DNA of 64,000 bases from the human T2T-CHM13v2.0 reference genome, Homo sapiens: the NCBI RefSeq assembly GCF_009914755.1, contig NC_060948.1. The stretch is one strand, 5' to 3'. The position numbers and the translations under genes are program-made. Of the stretch, positions 56,076 through 64,000 are shown in pieces. The notes below the pieces were generated by a model. That model made no database searches. It had not been told where the DNA came from and saw nothing but the letters and a program-made list of their open reading frames with translations. The first letter of the stretch is position 1. Each line of letters begins with the position of its first letter.

Positions 56076-57520
56076 GTATACAATTGAGTGGTTTTTAGAA
56101 TATTCAAGGAGCTGTGCATCCATCACCACAGTCTTTCTTAGAAGTGATTACCCACTTATGAGTTACCCATTTATGAGTGAGAAACCCTCACCTCTTAGCC
56201 ACTACCTCCTACATCCCCCATGTTCATAGGCAACCACTGATTTATTTTCTGTCATTGTAGTTTTGCCTAATCTGGACCTTTTATAGAAATAGAATTGTAT
56301 AATGTGTGATCTTTTGTAGTTTCCTTTTTTTTTCTCTTAGCAGAATGTTTTCAAATTTCTTTCATGTTATAGTGTTATCAGGATTTCTTTCCTTTTACAG
56401 CTGAGTAATAGTTTATGTTTATCCATTCATTAGTTGATGGACATTTGTGTTGTTTTTGCGTATTCACCATCATGAGTCAGGCTGCTATGAACATTCGTAT
56501 GTAAGTTTTAGTGGGAACATATATTTTTATTTCTCTTGGATTTACACTCAGGAGTGAAATTGTTGCATTATGTGATTATTATACATTTAGTCTTTGAGAA
56601 ACTGCCACGTTGTTTTTCAAAGTGGTTACACTGGTCAGGCACAGTGGCTCACACCTTTAATCTCAGGTATTTGAGACGCTGAGTTTGGAGGATTTTCTTA
56701 GCTCGGGAGTTAAGGACAAGCCTGGGAAACATAGGGAAACAATGTCTTGATTTTTTAAAAAAATCAAATGCCAGGAGAACACCCAAATTGATTACACCAT
56801 TTTATGTTCCCACCAGTAATATATGTGAGTTCCAATTATTCCAATTGTCACCAACTTTTTTTTTTTGAGACAAAATCTTGCTCTGTTGCCCAGGCTGGAG
56901 TGCAGTGACATGAACATGGCCAGTGCAGCTGTGACCTTCCAGGCACAAGTGATCCTCTCACCTCAGCCTCCTAAGTAGCTGGGACTTACAGGTGCATGCT
57001 ATCATGTGCAGCTGATTTTTACAGTTTTTGGTAGAAATGGGGTTCTGTCATGTAGCCCAGGTTTGTGTCAAACCCCTGAGCTCAAGTGATCTGCCTGCTT
57101 CAGCTTCCAGAAGTGCTGAGATTACAGTTGTGTGCCACCACACACGACTCGTGTAACCACTTTGGAAAGGAGCCACTGAGCTTGGCCTTCACCAGTATGT
57201 CAATATTTGTTAATATCGTTTTATTGTTTACAATTTTTCCATTTTTAAAAACTTATTCTTTTACCTGTATTATTGATTATAATAAACAATGAATAATTTT
57301 GTAGTAGAGTTGAGTCCCCCCAAAAAGTATTTATTGTTTAACTGAAGTAGTTTTTTTTAAACCTGGATATATATTTTTTCATTTTCACTCTATTTTTAGT
57401 GTTTATTTTTAAAAATTATTTATATGTATTTTTATTTTAATAGGTGTTTGAGAAACAGGTGGTGTTTGCTTCCATGAATAAGTTCTTCAGTGTTGATTTC
57501 TGAAATGTAGTACCCCTCAT
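56076..57520 (-). mobile_element. L1M 3' fragments interrupted by a FLAM (about 56632-56760, +) and an Alu (56855-57147, -)
   Basis: GGCAACCACTGATTTATTTTCTGTC, GTTTATCCATTCATTAGTTGATGGACATTTG, GAGAAACTGCCAC. Confidence 0.75.
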
Positions 57521-57777
57521 TACTCATTAAATTATATATTAAGTCATTATAAAATCATTAATAAACCAAGGACTTTAGTAAAATGGGAATTTTATTTTAA
57601 CTTGCAACCTGGGACGTAACTGTCAAAAAAATTAGAGAAATTACCACATTAAGGTTTTAAAATCTTGAACTGAAAAATGAAAACCTTGGTGCACCTAAGA
57701 ACCACCAGCCCACTGGTTAAGGTGAACAAAACTAAATGAAAAAATAAAACCAAGAAAACCAAACTCAGGATTATTAG

Positions 57778-58146
<369 letters not shown>

Positions 58147-59029
58147 TAATTTTATGTATATTCCATGTCAGAATACATCTTATTTTTGAATATTTGATGA
58201 CTTTAGGATACTATATTAACTCTTAATTGAATTAATACAAGTTTAGGTGTAAAGATGATGTTTATGTTGACAAAAATTATTAATGTTTTACATATATGAA
58301 AGTAACAATATCATATATTTTTCATACTTGTAGAATACTTTGAAATCTATTATTAGCTAATATTTTATATTCATTTTGGGTTTTCACATTATTGTTAGAT
58401 CCAGAGAAAAGTAACATTTTGTGAATACTCAAATCATAAACATTTTGCTGGATTCATTCATAGAGACTTTATTTAAAAAGTGCACTAATTGAAGTTTTAC
58501 ATCATTTTATGGTTCATCAAACACAGCAACTGAATACTGTCATATAGCAACATTACAGATGTTAGTCTAACATAAAACTCATAATACATTTTAAAAAGGG
58601 TAAAAGGAAGGGAAGGAAAAAGGATACAAGGCTGTAGAAAGATTTTAAAAACAAACGTCATATGAGCCTTTGCCTGGAGTTTCATATTTTGTGAAAAGCA
58701 GTTTGTAAGTAGAGGATTCGTAAGTGCACCTGGTACATGGCAGTGGCACAGACACAGCAGATAGTCAATAAAATGATCTTTAACTTCTGATCTAGGTTAT
58801 TTTTGTTGTTGTTCATGTATTAACCTGTGAAACTCAGCCAATAGATGGAGTGGCATTGACCTGTACGACTTCCAAGATCCCATCCAAACTTAGTGTGCTC
58901 TGAAGTTCTCCATAATTTATTGTCTGTTCCAACCAACATTCAGCATAAGCTACAGCTTATATTGTTAATAATCCTTCTATGTTTATGTGCTGATTTGCAA
59001 ATAAGTGGGCCTATATAGTCTTTATCTAG

Positions 59030-61960
<2,931 letters not shown>

Positions 61961-63559
61961 AATCAATTTTATTCACCTGGATGGTTACATCTGGCAAAAC
62001 TCAGCAAACTGTGCACTTTAAAATAGGAATATTTATTTTATGTAAATTATGTTTGAATACAATTGATTTTTTTAAAAAAATGTTTCCCAGAGTGATCAAA
62101 GTGGACGGCAGGGAACAGTAAACATCAGTGCTTATGTTATAGCTACTAGAAGCCTCCCAATTCCAACGACATGTTTTCAAGCAGGTCTGATCCTTCCCCT
62201 GGAGGATACCTCTGACCCAGGTGTGCTACAAATGCATTGCCCATAGTTGCTTCTGTCACCTTAGTGATGGAAGTGACAAGAGGGTACTGGAGAAAGAAAA
62301 GGTGTACAGGGTTCCAAATGTACTTTCTCTTTCCAAAGGACCTTTGTGAAGCCAGAGGAAAGAGAACAAACAAGCTGCTAAATAAGTCACAAGTGTGTAC
62401 TCCTACAGTTTTGCGATTAACTAAATAGGACATTCAACAGATAAAGTTTGTTTTACATAGTTACTCCTCTGATAGGATGAACTTGTGGATTGTGAGATAG
62501 GGCTGATATAACCTGTTTTCTCTCTGCCTCTTTTTTTTCCCCCAAGTTTTGTGTGCAATACATTAGGAAAAATATAATTGGGCTATAAAGCTACAAAAAT
62601 GTCTTCCTGGCAGTTCCATGCTTGTTTCCATGTGGTGCCTATGTTTGGCATTGTGTTCTCATTTGCACTTTCCTACTTGATTAGTTAATGTATGAAGGAC
62701 AAGCCTGATCTCTACTGTGAATTTCTACCAAGATATTCTGGTAGAAAAATGAGTATGTAATGGTGCTGTGGAATGCTAAAGTGTGCAAAACATTAAGAAT
62801 CTAAAAATATGCTCATTTCCAAGTTTTGTCCCAGAGCAACTGTGCACTCTATATCGCTACTGCTATTTAAAGTTATCCATTTGCATGTCTAAAAAATAGA
62901 TTCATACTGATTGTCCCATTTGATCTCAAAAAACTCCTGAATGTGAGAGTCGTGATCAAGGGACGCTTCATGAAATGTTCCAAAGTTAAAGTGTGCAATG
63001 AAACCAGATTTATCATAGCTTTATTTAAAATAATTATTTCTAAAATTGTTGTTGTTTAATTATAAACTGTATCCTTTCAGGATACTTGGAAGATCCATAG
63101 CAGTGTTTTTATTTTCACAGAACAAGCATAAATTATTTATGAAATAATAACTCAGATACAGAGATTACTTCCTATTGGCCTTACATATGAATATAAATAA
63201 ATACATATTATGAACATGCACATACTTATTTTATAATTATGTAAATGTGTGTGTAATGTTATATATAAGTTCAATAAAGTCATGCTTATACATGGTTTCA
63301 ATTCATGCTTCTAAAAACCACTCAATGTAGTCATTATCATATGTTAATAAATAATCTCTGAAAATGTGCTTCTAGTAGTTGCACAATATCCCATCATAAA
63401 GATTGTCATGCTGTTTTTAAGTCATACTTTTGGGTATATAAGTTATATCTGATATTTTTCTGCTACATATATGCTATTATAAATCTATTAGTAGTTGATT
63501 TTCTGTGAACACATATGATTGTTTCCTCACAACAGTACAAGAGTTGGTTGTAACTTTAT

Positions 63560-64000
63560 TTCCTTCCAACATTTATTTTAGGTTCAGCGGGTACATGTGC
63601 AGGTTTATTATATGGATAAAATGTGTGTCAATGGGATTTGGTGTACAGATTATGTAGTCATCCAGGTAGTGAGCGTAGTATCTAATAGGGAGTTTTTTTA
63701 TCCTCACTCTCCCCCCACCCTCCACCCACAGTAGACCTTGTGTCTATTGTTCCCTTCTTTGTGTCCATGTGGACTCAATGTTTAGCCCCCACTTATAAGT
63801 GAGAACATGCAGTGTTTGTTTGGTTTTCTGTTCCTGCATTAATTCACTTAGAATAATGGTATCCAGCTCCATTCATGTTGCTGCAAAATACATTATTTCA
63901 TCCTATTTTATAGGTGTGTAGTATTCCATGGTGTATGTACACTGCATTTTTTTAATCCAGTCTTCTGTTAACAGGCATCTAAGTTGATTCCGTGTCTTTG
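63560..64000 (-). mobile_element. L1PA/PB 3' end, running off the window
   Basis: TTTTAGGTTCAGCGGGTACATGTGCAGGTTT...CCCACTTATAAGTGAGAACATGCAG...GTAGTATTCCATGGTGTATGT. Confidence 0.9.

Noticed and set aside
62146-62330. Minus-strand acceptor (CTTTTCTTTCTCCAG) followed by a short open frame YPLVTSITKV...LELGGF
   Set aside because: I recognise no protein and found no partner exon; cannot be supported without a search.

Overview
Primate (human-like) genomic DNA with no intact protein-coding gene. It reads as a pericentromeric or subtelomeric segmental-duplication mosaic. 1-22.4 kb is ordinary repeat-rich DNA (Alu, L1, MaLR and ERV1 LTRs) with a 2.5-kb pure purine tract and a 32-bp VNTR. 22.6-23.9 kb is an unprocessed minus-strand CDRT15/C2orf27-like (RalGDS-like-derived) pseudogene. 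24.7-33.9 kb is a degenerate 18-bp repeat array (CAGGTGGACATCAGGCCC) with orientation switches and a ~1.2-kb higher-order structure. One copy of its unit also sits in frame inside the neighbouring pseudogene exon. 33.9-41.55 kb is about 33 gamma-satellite (GSATII-like) monomers, TAR1 and a degenerate (TTAGGG)n tract: a fossil chromosome end joined directly to a 3'-truncated antisense L1. To the right are a CpG-rich 3x ~325-bp repeat, two copies of the GTF2I first coding exon with in-frame 18-bp expansions, and Alu-dense intron-like DNA. All family names come from recalled consensus sequences, not from a database search. Repeat boundaries are approximate (about +/-10-30 bp).
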